Shown piece after piece: positions 38,827 through 47,548 of a DNA stretch of 64,000 nt (positions are counted from its first letter, which is position 1; every line of letters starts with the position of its first letter). Below the pieces are notes generated by a model. It saw only the letters and a list, made by a program, of their open reading frames with translations, ran no database searches and was not told where the DNA came from. This DNA is from a virus (taxonomy: Duplodnaviria; Heunggongvirae; Uroviricota; Caudoviricetes): the IMG/VR virus record IMGVR_UViG_3300033120_000611; one strand, given 5' to 3'. The position numbers were made by a program, and so were the translations under genes.

Positions 38827-39530
38827 CTTCGATAGAAGACTTTCTAGTAAAGCAAATACGTTGGGTATTGGCTGTACTAGTGGTACTGATAATTGTACTT
38901 GGAGCTGTAACTTGTAATAGAAGCAAGAAGGCAGACTCTCTAAGAAAACAACTCGAGCAAACCTTTGTAGTCACTAAGGAGAAAGATAAAACTATAGCTA
39001 CACAAACTCAACTACTTACAACTAAAGATGATGCTTTAGTTAAGCAGATAGAGAAGACTGAGCAGCTAAAGAATCTTAAATCCCAGGTGACGTACAAAAC
39101 CGTTACGGTTATTGAAAAGGTGTTCGTACCACTAACAGACTCTACTTCTCATAAGTATATATCTGTAGTAGACTCAGTTGCCGGCAAACCTGATACAACT
39201 AATTACATGGCTATACCAGCTCTAGTATCAGTAGATAATAACTTCTATCACTTCGATGGCACAATTGATAGGGGTGGCCTTACACTAGATAGCTTATCTA
39301 TCCCGGATAGTACTTCAGTATCAATAGGAGATACTAAATCCCTATTCAAGAAACAATCAATAGTCAGGATCACTCACTCAAATCCATTTATCAAAACTAT
39401 AGATATGCATAATGTCGTAGTGGATGATGAGAGCTCTAAGAAGCAATGGAAGACATTTGCTATAGGAGGTGGAGTTGTTCTGGGCCTGGATGCTATAATA
39501 ATAGGCGCTTATATTTGGACACATCACTAA
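38790..39530 (+). CDS. spanin-like protein: N-terminal membrane anchor, coiled-coil middle, C-terminal TM helix
   Basis: A TM segment near the N-terminus (WVLAVLVVLIIVLGAVTC), a K/E/Q-rich coiled coil, and a C-terminal TM (FAIGGGVVLGLDAIIIGAYIW). It sits between the holins and the endolysins. Confidence 0.4.
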   Translation: MENQKKTFTEKVTSIEDFLVKQIRWVLAVLVVLIIVLGAVTCNRSKKADSLRKQLEQTFVVTKEKDKTIATQTQLLTTKDDALVKQIEKTEQLKNLKSQVTYKTVTVIEKVFVPLTDSTSHKYISVVDSVAGKPDTTNYMAIPALVSVDNNFYHFDGTIDRGGLTLDSLSIPDSTSVSIGDTKSLFKKQSIVRITHSNPFIKTIDMHNVVVDDESSKKQWKTFAIGGGVVLGLDAIIIGAYIWTHH

Positions 39531-39540
39531 AGGATAAACA

Positions 39541-40056
39541 ATGGCAGACATAAAACTATTAGCTCCTAAGATTGCCCAGTGGGAGGGAAAATACGTAGAT
39601 GATCCCCTAGACAAGGGTGGAGCAACAAACATGGGAGTTACAATATCTACTTGGCAACAACTTGGGTATGATAAGAACCATGATGGGCACATTGATAAAC
39701 AGGATATCAAACTTCTTGATTATAACGATTTTAGTATTATCTTGCGAAAGTATTGGGATACATGGCAAGCAGATAATATTGTGAATCAGTCTATAGCAAA
39801 TATACTTGTTGACTGGGTCTGGGGATCCGGGAAGTGGGGGATTATTATTCCTCAACGTATACTTGGTGTAGTAGCTGATGGATCAGTAGGACCTAAAACT
39901 ATTGATGCTCTAAACCGGGCTAATCAGGAAATACTATTTAAGTCTATCTTTGCAGCTAGAGTTAAGTTTTTAAATGATATTGTAGCCAATGATCCAAAAC
40001 AGAAGAGATTTCTTCAGGGTTGGATGAATCGGTTAAATTCATTTACCTTTGCATAA
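39541..40056 (+). CDS. endolysin, glycoside hydrolase family 108 N-domain plus peptidoglycan-binding domain
   Basis: N-terminal [21 protein letters not shown] (GH108 pattern EGG-Y--D--D-GG-T--GIT) and C-terminal [14 protein letters not shown] (PG-binding, ADG--GP-T pattern). Confidence 0.8.
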   Translation: MADIKLLAPKIAQWEGKYVDDPLDKGGATNMGVTISTWQQLGYDKNHDGHIDKQDIKLLDYNDFSIILRKYWDTWQADNIVNQSIANILVDWVWGSGKWGIIIPQRILGVVADGSVGPKTIDALNRANQEILFKSIFAARVKFLNDIVANDPKQKRFLQGWMNRLNSFTFA

Positions 40057-40071
40057 ATCAAACAAACATAA

Positions 40072-40602
40072 ATGTTCTTGACAGTCAACCAACTAGAAGA
40101 AGCAGCGCCATACATAGGTTATAAAAGAATCGAGCTAATCCTTCCAAATTTCAATGCTACTTGTGCTAAGTACAAGATCGATAATTATTATCGTATTGCT
40201 CACTTCCTTACTCAGCTTATCGTAGAGTCAAACTATCTTAGGCTTATTCAGGAACCTGGAAATGGGCATGAGTATGAGAGTATAGAAGAGTTAGGTAATA
40301 CCCAAAAAGGAGATGGTAGAAAATATATCTCCCGGGGATATATAAAACTACTCGGAAGAAAGGCCTATGAAGAGTATAGTAAGTTCTCAAGCGTGGATGT
40401 ATTAAACTATCCACACTTTGCAACAACACCTAAGGTTGCAATGGATATCTCTGGATGGCTTTGGGATAGTAACAAACTTAATGAGGCAGCTGATCGTGAT
40501 GATATATTTGAAGTTACCAGGTTACTAACCGGTGGTGAATTTATCATGAGAGAAAGAATGGACGTTCTAGCTAAAGTTAAGAAAGTATTAGGTATAAAGT
40601 AA
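40072..40602 (+). CDS. GH19 chitinase-like lysozyme (second muralytic enzyme)
   Basis: AHFLTQLIVESNYLRLIQEPGNGHEYE...LGNTQKGDGRKYISRGYIKLLGRKAYEEY matches the GH19 lysozyme catalytic core pattern (AAFLAQ--HES-----EE...GN---GDG--YRGRG-IQLTG--NY). Confidence 0.75.
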   Translation: MFLTVNQLEEAAPYIGYKRIELILPNFNATCAKYKIDNYYRIAHFLTQLIVESNYLRLIQEPGNGHEYESIEELGNTQKGDGRKYISRGYIKLLGRKAYEEYSKFSSVDVLNYPHFATTPKVAMDISGWLWDSNKLNEAADRDDIFEVTRLLTGGEFIMRERMDVLAKVKKVLGIK

Positions 40603-40661
40603 GATCACTGATCTCAGTGACTGAATTGTAAAAGTGGTTTTAAATCCGTATATTGTAAGTT

Positions 40662-41282
40662 ATGGCAGGTACTCTTAATATAGACTTCGAAATTCTTGGC
40701 TGCAGTTCTAACTGCAAGTCATTGAGAGTATTAGATCTAACTAACTACGCCAACTATAGTCTTAGTCCAGTTTATATTGATATCATAGCTCCGGGCCTTC
40801 AGTTTCCAACTTCGAGGAATTATCAGAGAAATGCTATCAATACATTCAATACAAATGACCTAGGACTATCAGATGTGACAGACCCGGCATACCTAGGAAA
40901 TATTCCAGATGGAATATACAAGGTATGTGTAAGAGTATTACTGGGCTATGTTTCACCACTAGCTCCGAATGCTACACCTTCTCCAATACAGACATCAGTT
41001 TATACTGATCCTGTATATGCAGATAACTGTAAGTACTGGTTGCAAGATTGTGAATTGAGATGTGCTATAGCTAGGAAGCTTCTATCAGTTGACTTAACAT
41101 GTCAACCATGTAGAAAGACTTTAGTAGTTGATCTACAAGAGATCCAGCTATTCCTGGATGCAGCCCAGGCTCAGGTTGAAAACTGTAATGTCAATAAGGC
41201 AATGGAGTATTTCAGACGTGCTACAAAACTATTAGAAAGACTTACGAACCCATCTAAGGATGGAGGGTGTAAGGATTGTTAA
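40662..41282 (+). CDS. Cys-rich structural protein (fibre or adaptor candidate)
   Basis: 206 aa with 12 Cys, including CELRCAIARK, CQPCRK and a C-terminal GGCKDC. Confidence 0.4.
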   Translation: MAGTLNIDFEILGCSSNCKSLRVLDLTNYANYSLSPVYIDIIAPGLQFPTSRNYQRNAINTFNTNDLGLSDVTDPAYLGNIPDGIYKVCVRVLLGYVSPLAPNATPSPIQTSVYTDPVYADNCKYWLQDCELRCAIARKLLSVDLTCQPCRKTLVVDLQEIQLFLDAAQAQVENCNVNKAMEYFRRATKLLERLTNPSKDGGCKDC

Positions 41283-41300
41283 TGATAAAAACCAAAGATC

Positions 41301-41525
41301 ATGGCAAATTGTTCCCAATGTGGAAAGAATGTAGGTTGCGGATGTAACCTTGTAAATGGCCTCTGTGCCCAATGCAGGAAAGATAATAGAGAGAAGGAGG
41401 TAGGGACTACTCCTCAGACTGCAGAAGTTATTGAACTAAGTCCACAAGTAAAACCGGATCATAGCATTGCTTTACGTAATGCAGCAAGGTCCATAACCCC
41501 AGTTATATTAGGTGCCGCAAGATAA
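41301..41525 (+). CDS. small Cys-rich zinc-ribbon-like protein
   Basis: 74 aa with CSQCGKNVGCGCNLVNGLCAQC at the N-terminus. Confidence 0.4.
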   Translation: MANCSQCGKNVGCGCNLVNGLCAQCRKDNREKEVGTTPQTAEVIELSPQVKPDHSIALRNAARSITPVILGAAR

Positions 41526-41781
41526 TGAAATATGTTCAACTTGTAATATCTGTTCAGATGTTCAGCAATCTCTTCGCGATAAACTAATAGATATCGCTGA
41601 TGCTAAACTATATAATGCAAGGTTTGAGCTTAACCGGTTTGTTGATTTTGAATTGTACCTTTTACTTAGGGCCTATAGTCCTATGGTAAAAAACATATGT
41701 AAAGATATGAACTGTAATTTCTGCTATGGCTGGGATACAGAATCAGTTATAGAACGAGTAAAAATATTAACAGTAGCATGA
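41512..41781 (+). CDS. small Cys-rich protein
   Basis: 89 aa with CSTCNICS...CKDMNCNFC. Confidence 0.4.
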   Translation: MPQDNEICSTCNICSDVQQSLRDKLIDIADAKLYNARFELNRFVDFELYLLLRAYSPMVKNICKDMNCNFCYGWDTESVIERVKILTVA

Positions 41782-42566
41782 GTGTCAAACCTTTAAATTG
41801 TTTTCCAAAGCCACAACAAACTTGTGGTAAAGTAATCCCAGATGCTTGCGTAAGTGTAAGCGCCTGGCCAGATTGCTTTAGGACTCATGATCCAGACTGC
41901 TGCTATCGTCAGATTGACTTCAATGATGAAGCTGGTTATCAGATTTGTTTACTGAAGGGAAGTGTCACAACTATACTGGATAGTATAGATCTAAGTACAC
42001 TAACTGGTTGTACTGCTGGTGAAGGAACTCCTGGCGAAGTAGTTATAACTCCAGTCAAGGGAACTGTGGTAGAAGAGTTTCAAAACATATATGATCTCAT
42101 ATGTGGACTACAAACTAATCTTGATATACCTTTATCTGGTATTGACTTCTCATGTCTTGTAGATAAATGTGGAACACCTATAGGAACCTTAGGACAACTC
42201 CTACAGGCTATGGTTAATCAAGTATGCCAGAATGTAGGAAAAGAATATGTTGTTACTCTTAAACAGAGTGGAACACTTGCACCAGTACCTACTATACTTA
42301 CTGACACACTAGATCTTTCAAGTAACCACTTAGTTTGGAGTTGGAGTGGTACAGGTATTTATGTTTTAACTGCTACTGGTCCATTAGCTGGTATCTTTGC
42401 GAATGATAAGACATTCATACAGATAGGACAGACAGGAGCCGGTACAAATCAAATAACTGCTACTAAAGCTAGCAACAGTACTATTATTATTAATACCACA
42501 GCAGCTGGTACATTAACTAATGGTATTTTAAATGAAACAAGTTTCCTCATTAAAGTATATCCTTAA
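41778..42566 (+). CDS. Cys-rich N-domain plus T/G/S-rich beta C-domain protein (tail fibre-like)
   Basis: 262 aa. The N-terminus is NCFPKPQQTCGK...CVSVSAWPDCFRTHDPDCCY. The C-terminal half is T/G/A/N-rich strands (TGAGTNQITATKASNSTIIINTTAAGTLTNG). Confidence 0.45.
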   Translation: MSVKPLNCFPKPQQTCGKVIPDACVSVSAWPDCFRTHDPDCCYRQIDFNDEAGYQICLLKGSVTTILDSIDLSTLTGCTAGEGTPGEVVITPVKGTVVEEFQNIYDLICGLQTNLDIPLSGIDFSCLVDKCGTPIGTLGQLLQAMVNQVCQNVGKEYVVTLKQSGTLAPVPTILTDTLDLSSNHLVWSWSGTGIYVLTATGPLAGIFANDKTFIQIGQTGAGTNQITATKASNSTIIINTTAAGTLTNGILNETSFLIKVYP

Positions 42567-42568
42567 TC

Positions 42569-43399
42569 ATGTGCTACTCATGCGGTGATCCTTATTGTAC
42601 TGGTAATCCATGTGGTGGATACAGAGGTTATAATAGAATCTATCCAGCTCCATTTAATAGGGAAGTGTGCGGTCCTAATGTGCCACCACGTCCAAATCCA
42701 TGTGTCCCCTGTGGACCATGTAATGATAATGGATGCCTTCAAAGAATAACAACTAATTGTGTCTTCACTGTAAATCCATACTCATGTATAGGATCTGCAG
42801 CAGGAGATCCACTCACAACTGTATTGGCATTAATAAATGCCAAGTGCGAAGCCACGCAAGCTTGCTGCACAACTATAAATAGTCAAGGTCTATTATATAA
42901 CGATAATGAGGTTGAATCATTCGTATACCCCAACCATCCAACATTAGTGAAGTCATTTAATAATGATTACATAACTAATAATGGATTAGTGGTTGGAGAT
43001 ATTATAGAAGTAACAGCATCATTAAAGAGTACTAATGAAGAATCAAGTAATCTAGCGTTTAAGATTTATAATGGTACAACTTTAATATATACTCTACCAA
43101 TACCACTTGTAGTAACTGATGTTCAAGATGTTTATACGTTTAATGCAAGGTTGAATGTCACTAGCACAACATCTGTCAGACTAATAGCAACTGCATCGTA
43201 TCTAGATGATACAGAAAACACATTTGGATCCTCACTTCTTACTTCAACAACTAGAACTGGTGGAGCCTGGAAAAATGCTATTACCGGATTAGACTTTACT
43301 AATCTAACTGTTGCTATAGAGTTAGTACCTAGTGTAAATGAATTAGGTGGTGAGCTAGACGAGTTTATAGTAGAATTCAAAAAGAAATTGATTCCTTAA
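42569..43399 (+). CDS. Cys/Pro-rich N-domain plus beta-rich C-domain protein (receptor-binding candidate)
   Basis: 276 aa. The N-terminus is MCYSCGDPYCTGNPCGG...CGPNVPPRPNPCVPCGPCNDNGC (17 Cys in about 100 aa). The C-terminal part is N/T/S/V-rich. Followed by a terminator. Confidence 0.45.
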   Translation: MCYSCGDPYCTGNPCGGYRGYNRIYPAPFNREVCGPNVPPRPNPCVPCGPCNDNGCLQRITTNCVFTVNPYSCIGSAAGDPLTTVLALINAKCEATQACCTTINSQGLLYNDNEVESFVYPNHPTLVKSFNNDYITNNGLVVGDIIEVTASLKSTNEESSNLAFKIYNGTTLIYTLPIPLVVTDVQDVYTFNARLNVTSTTSVRLIATASYLDDTENTFGSSLLTSTTRTGGAWKNAITGLDFTNLTVAIELVPSVNELGGELDEFIVEFKKKLIP

Positions 43400-43435
43400 A
43401 AGGGGCACAGAGTTGTTGGTTCGCTCATGTCCCAC

Positions 43436-43467
43436 TCCTTGTCTCTTACGGGGCAAGGAGTTTTTTA
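43436..43467 (+). terminator. rho-independent terminator
   Basis: CTCCTTG-tctcttacgggg-CAAGGAG followed by TTTTTTATTT. Confidence 0.7.
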
Positions 43468-43470
43468 TTT

Positions 43471-43872
43471 ATGGCAAAGAAAAGAACATCAGGTAGTAGA
43501 TCAAGAGAGGCCTTCTTAAGAAAGGCCGGGATAGCTTATGCCAAGACCTTAACAGAAAAAGCTACAAAGTGGGAGCTTATCTTTAAGGAGATTCTCGAGC
43601 AGGCTAAGATTCCATATGTTTTCCAATTTCCGATAGTATGCGAACAAAACTTCTTGTATATTGTAGACTTCTATCTACCAACATACAATGTAATATTTGA
43701 GTTGGATGGCGCTCAGCATTCTACTAAGGATGCTATCAAGTATGACAAGGCCAGGACTAAAAGGCTCAATGATATTGGACTTACAGTTAAGCGTATAAGG
43801 AATTCGACTGTACATCTAGTTACTCCTAAACTCATACATAGTTTTCTTGAAACTACAATGTTAAGAAAATAA
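43471..43872 (+). CDS. DUF559/Vsr-like (restriction-endonuclease-fold) nuclease, homing-endonuclease-like
   Basis: 133 aa with the pattern FQFPIV...YIVDFYLP..NVIFELDGAQH....D.AR...L...G..V.RI, matching the DUF559 core (Q-PI--Y--DF-----IIE-DG-QH---D--R---L---G--V-R). Confidence 0.6.
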   Translation: MAKKRTSGSRSREAFLRKAGIAYAKTLTEKATKWELIFKEILEQAKIPYVFQFPIVCEQNFLYIVDFYLPTYNVIFELDGAQHSTKDAIKYDKARTKRLNDIGLTVKRIRNSTVHLVTPKLIHSFLETTMLRK

Positions 43873-43939
43873 AAAGTTTGGTAATCTAAATAATTACCTG
43901 TACATTTGCTGATCCGATTTTAAACAAATCCAAATACAT

Positions 43940-45082
43940 ATGCCACAAGTAGATTACGTTAGTACGTATTTAACTGAGAATTTTGAAACCATTCAAAAGG
44001 CAAGACAGCTACCGGGCTTCAGCTGGAAGCCTATCGTAGAAGAAATAGTTGCCCTATTTCCACAATCAAAACTAGATCCCACCTATTCAGTACATAGAGA
44101 TAGAGTAAGGAATAACTTCCTACACTTACGTAAACGTAAGAAGGCTGAGAAGCCACTAGAGGCTAGTGTTACTAAGATAACACCAGCTCAACTCTTAAGT
44201 GCTCATAGAACGCCTATTGAGATACCTAAGTACGAATATATTGACACGTACAATAAAAAGAGCTTCACTCCAATCCCGGGTGAGGATCCAGAGTTTACAG
44301 AATGGAAGCTTGAAAAACACAAAGCAAAGCGCCAGGAGGGCATGCACATCGTAATTGGATGTATGCACCTGCCGGCAGTAAACAAACCCTTCTTTGAGGC
44401 CTTTCTGAAGTTCCTGAATGATGCTAGAGATGTTCTTAAGGGTATTCACCTAATAGGAGATATCATAGATTGCAAATCCCTATCTCAGCATGATAATGGC
44501 CAGGTGTCTGATATTACTCTGGATCAGGAGTATAAGGAATCAAATATCTATCTTGATCGTATTGATGCCCTACTTAGACCAGGTGTGGAGAAGAATTATA
44601 TATGGGGTAACCATGAGCAGAGATACGAGAGGATTATAAAGAAGGTTGACATCTCAAAGTTCGGCCGGGCCTTACTATCTCCTACAGAGGGGTGTAGGTT
44701 TGCCCAGAGAGGATATACAATCCAGGAAGACTATCAGAATGGTAAGATACAGCTTGGTAAACATCTAGATCTAGTTCACGGTCAATACATTACGCAGAAC
44801 TCTGCTAAGAAACATCTAGATGTCTATAAGAAGTCTATTATGTTTGCCCACACCCATAAGATGGGAGCTCACTTTGATGGTGACAAAGCTTCCTTTAACA
44901 TTGGTTGGATGGGAGATAAAGACAACTCAGCCTTTAGTTACTCTAGCAGGATCACTAAGTCTCAATGGCAGAATGGTTTCGCAGTTGTTAATATCGATAG
45001 TGATGGAGTATATCATACACAGCTAGTCCAGTGGTATAATGATAAGTTCGTCTTTGGAACTATGATATACGATGGAAAATAA
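43940..45082 (+). CDS. calcineurin-like metallophosphoesterase with an N-terminal extension
   Basis: 380 aa. Motifs in order: GCMHLP, GDIID (GDxxD), GNHE, VHGQ, and FAHTH (GHxH-like). Confidence 0.7.
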   Translation: MPQVDYVSTYLTENFETIQKARQLPGFSWKPIVEEIVALFPQSKLDPTYSVHRDRVRNNFLHLRKRKKAEKPLEASVTKITPAQLLSAHRTPIEIPKYEYIDTYNKKSFTPIPGEDPEFTEWKLEKHKAKRQEGMHIVIGCMHLPAVNKPFFEAFLKFLNDARDVLKGIHLIGDIIDCKSLSQHDNGQVSDITLDQEYKESNIYLDRIDALLRPGVEKNYIWGNHEQRYERIIKKVDISKFGRALLSPTEGCRFAQRGYTIQEDYQNGKIQLGKHLDLVHGQYITQNSAKKHLDVYKKSIMFAHTHKMGAHFDGDKASFNIGWMGDKDNSAFSYSSRITKSQWQNGFAVVNIDSDGVYHTQLVQWYNDKFVFGTMIYDGK

Positions 45083-45302
45083 GTTTGATATAAAGATCAC
45101 AGGACTTTATGTAAAGCTGTATATCAATGATACACTTTATGTAATGTTTAACCAAGTTGAATTCAAGGGATTACAATCTTGGAGGATGGGGAAGAATTGG
45201 TTTGTCATAGAAATTTACATCAAGGACCTAACTATAACTCTCGAGTTTGATAGCAAAGAAAAGTGGGAAGCAATTCTAAAACTCCTCGATGAGAACTTGT
45301 AG
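45072..45302 (+). CDS. small hypothetical protein
   Basis: 76 aa; start overlaps the previous gene. Confidence 0.4.
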   Translation: MENKFDIKITGLYVKLYINDTLYVMFNQVEFKGLQSWRMGKNWFVIEIYIKDLTITLEFDSKEKWEAILKLLDENL

Positions 45303-45432
45303 TCCTGGTTTATATGAACTCCTTAAGGTTAGTAATATTTACAAGCCCGGTAAGCTTACTTCTGAAGATCTTAGAAAGATGTTAGAAGCTCTTGCCAATG
45401 ACAAACCAAAAGATATTAAGTCAAAAAAGTGA
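45289..45432 (+). CDS. small overlapping ORF (47 aa), not in the track
   Basis: ATG at 45289 in the +1 frame relative to the preceding gene. I translated it by hand: MRTCSPGLYELLKVSNIYKPGKLTSEDLRKMLEALANDKPKDIKSKK. Confidence 0.25.
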   Translation: MRTCSPGLYELLKVSNIYKPGKLTSEDLRKMLEALANDKPKDIKSKK

Positions 45433-45480
45433 CTTCACTGACCGGCTTGTCGAAGTGCCTATTTTTGACTATATTGTGAT

Positions 45481-46173
45481 ATGCCAATCACAATTAGACA
45501 GGCCATAAGCCAAATCCAAACCGACCTTAAATCCACAATGGATACCCGGATAGCTCCTAAAGCTATCTGGAATAAGTATGTCTTTAACCTGGCCAGCATC
45601 CTTAAACAAGTTAATGAGACTAGACGAGTTTGGAAATCTTCTGACGTCTGGCAGAAGATCCATTGTTTAGAAATGGAGACTGTTCCTGCTACAGATTGTA
45701 GTGAGATAGCGCCTCTAGTCAAAGAATATATATCCAAGAGTAGGCTAAAGATTCCTGCTACTTATACCTCAGCTGCCGGTGATATGATCCGGGATATAAA
45801 CTCTATCTTCCCATATGGTAAAGAGTATCGCTTAGTAACTCCAAAGGAGTACAAGAAGATTAGGGAAAGAGAATTTCAGAATAAGAAAATTGGTTACGCT
45901 TTTATCATAGATAACTATCTCTATCTACCAGACTCAGAGATAGAGAAAGTAGCTGTGACTGGAGCATTTATAAATCCAAAAGAAGTAGGAATACTGAATG
46001 GTGATGAACCATGTAAGCCCTTCCTTGATTACCAATTCTACATGCCGGAGTATCTAATAAAGGTGGCCCATGATATGGTACTTCAAGATCTAGCTTCTGT
46101 AAATCAGAAGGTTGTGAAGGATGAGGATACAGATCTAAACGAGAATTCAAGAGGACAACAACCAACAAAATAA
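45481..46173 (+). CDS. hypothetical protein
   Basis: 230-aa ORF. Confidence 0.45.
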   Translation: MPITIRQAISQIQTDLKSTMDTRIAPKAIWNKYVFNLASILKQVNETRRVWKSSDVWQKIHCLEMETVPATDCSEIAPLVKEYISKSRLKIPATYTSAAGDMIRDINSIFPYGKEYRLVTPKEYKKIREREFQNKKIGYAFIIDNYLYLPDSEIEKVAVTGAFINPKEVGILNGDEPCKPFLDYQFYMPEYLIKVAHDMVLQDLASVNQKVVKDEDTDLNENSRGQQPTK

Positions 46174-46655
46174 TGCCGGCAAAGAATAGTATAGGAAAGT
46201 TTCATGGTAGACATCCATTCATCGAGAAGAAGCTCTGGAAGAAATATGTGAAGCAGACTGAGAATCCAGTTAGCTATGAAGAGTTTAAACTAATCATAGC
46301 AGCATCTCTGCAAGAATTACAATCCTGGGTCCTGAAGGATCCAATAGGTTTTCAATTCTCACCAAAGCTTGGCCGGATAGCTATAAATAAATTTAAGATG
46401 TATGAAGGATTCAAAACCTTTATACATAAAAAAGGAATTGGTCGTATACAGAATCATAATCTTCACTCTGATGAGCATGCATTCAAAATACAATGGTTTC
46501 ACTCTCAGACCTCACATAAGAGTAGGATGCCATACTGGTTCTTTAGAGCTGAGAGATCTTTTAACCGAGATCTTGCCAGGGTACTAAAAGGAGGTAAAGC
46601 TCCGGAATTTAATTCCTTTATGCAAGATCACTTTGTACAAAAACTACCTAGTTAA
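46173..46655 (+). CDS. hypothetical protein
   Basis: 160 aa; start overlaps the previous stop. Confidence 0.45.
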   Translation: MPAKNSIGKFHGRHPFIEKKLWKKYVKQTENPVSYEEFKLIIAASLQELQSWVLKDPIGFQFSPKLGRIAINKFKMYEGFKTFIHKKGIGRIQNHNLHSDEHAFKIQWFHSQTSHKSRMPYWFFRAERSFNRDLARVLKGGKAPEFNSFMQDHFVQKLPS

Positions 46656-47548
46656 TGGATATTATAAACTTCATTTCATCTGATAGGTTACTATCCCAGA
46701 TACAGGAGGACTTATCTTCTTATGATGCTAATAATCAATTAGATCCTGGAAGATGGTATGACTTTATCAAGAAGATTGTATCTGATCTTGGTATCTATTG
46801 CTATGAACGTAAATATGAACTAGTATGGTTAAAAAACTCTACCGGTAAGTTACCATGTAACTTTCAAGTACTGGATAGTGCATTCATGGTTAGTACAACT
46901 GAATGTCTAAATGGTTGTCCTCCAGGTGAAGGTCCACTTCACTTCCAGGGAAAGAGTATAATCTGGAATGATACTACTACTGCCTGTGCATTCCAAGACA
47001 CTAAGTGTAATGAGGGATGTGAGGATTATAGAACATGTACTGTCAATTCATTTCAAGAAATTACCGTCAGGGAGTATGTTCGTGGCTTACCTTATACCTA
47101 TTCTTTACCTCTCATATATCCTCTACACATCAATAGAAGGAATTCTAAAAGTTGGTGCCTTCCTCATTCAATATGTTTTGGATCTAAAGCAAAGGATGAG
47201 ATAAGCATAGCTAATGGAACTGTATACACTAACTTTGATGAAGGTGTTGTACTTCTTAACTACTACGCGTATCCATACGATGATGAGGGCCTTCCTATGA
47301 TCCCGGACAATCCAAAGATACAATTAGCTGTAGAACAATATATAAAATGGAAAGCATTTGAGATACTATGGACTAATGGTGATGATGCTGGGGCACAATC
47401 TAAGATGCTATACTTTAAGAACGAATTTCAAACAACTTCATATCCGGATGCTGAGTATTATGTCAAGCTGACATCTATGAGTGATATGATGAACATGGCT
47501 AGAACTAATAGGAGACGCCTTAGTATCTACCAACTTATACAAAAGTAA
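46655..47548 (+). CDS. Cys-rich hypothetical structural protein
   Basis: 297 aa with CLNGCPPGEG...CAFQDTKCNEGCEDYRTC. Its start overlaps the previous stop, and its stop abuts the giant gene. Confidence 0.45.
   Translation: MDIINFISSDRLLSQIQEDLSSYDANNQLDPGRWYDFIKKIVSDLGIYCYERKYELVWLKNSTGKLPCNFQVLDSAFMVSTTECLNGCPPGEGPLHFQGKSIIWNDTTTACAFQDTKCNEGCEDYRTCTVNSFQEITVREYVRGLPYTYSLPLIYPLHINRRNSKSWCLPHSICFGSKAKDEISIANGTVYTNFDEGVVLLNYYAYPYDDEGLPMIPDNPKIQLAVEQYIKWKAFEILWTNGDDAGAQSKMLYFKNEFQTTSYPDAEYYVKLTSMSDMMNMARTNRRRLSIYQLIQK

Noticed and set aside
36496-43399. Looked for a diversity-generating retroelement targeting the fibre genes
   Set aside because: There is no reverse transcriptase ORF anywhere in the window. 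I could not identify a template/variable repeat pair by eye.
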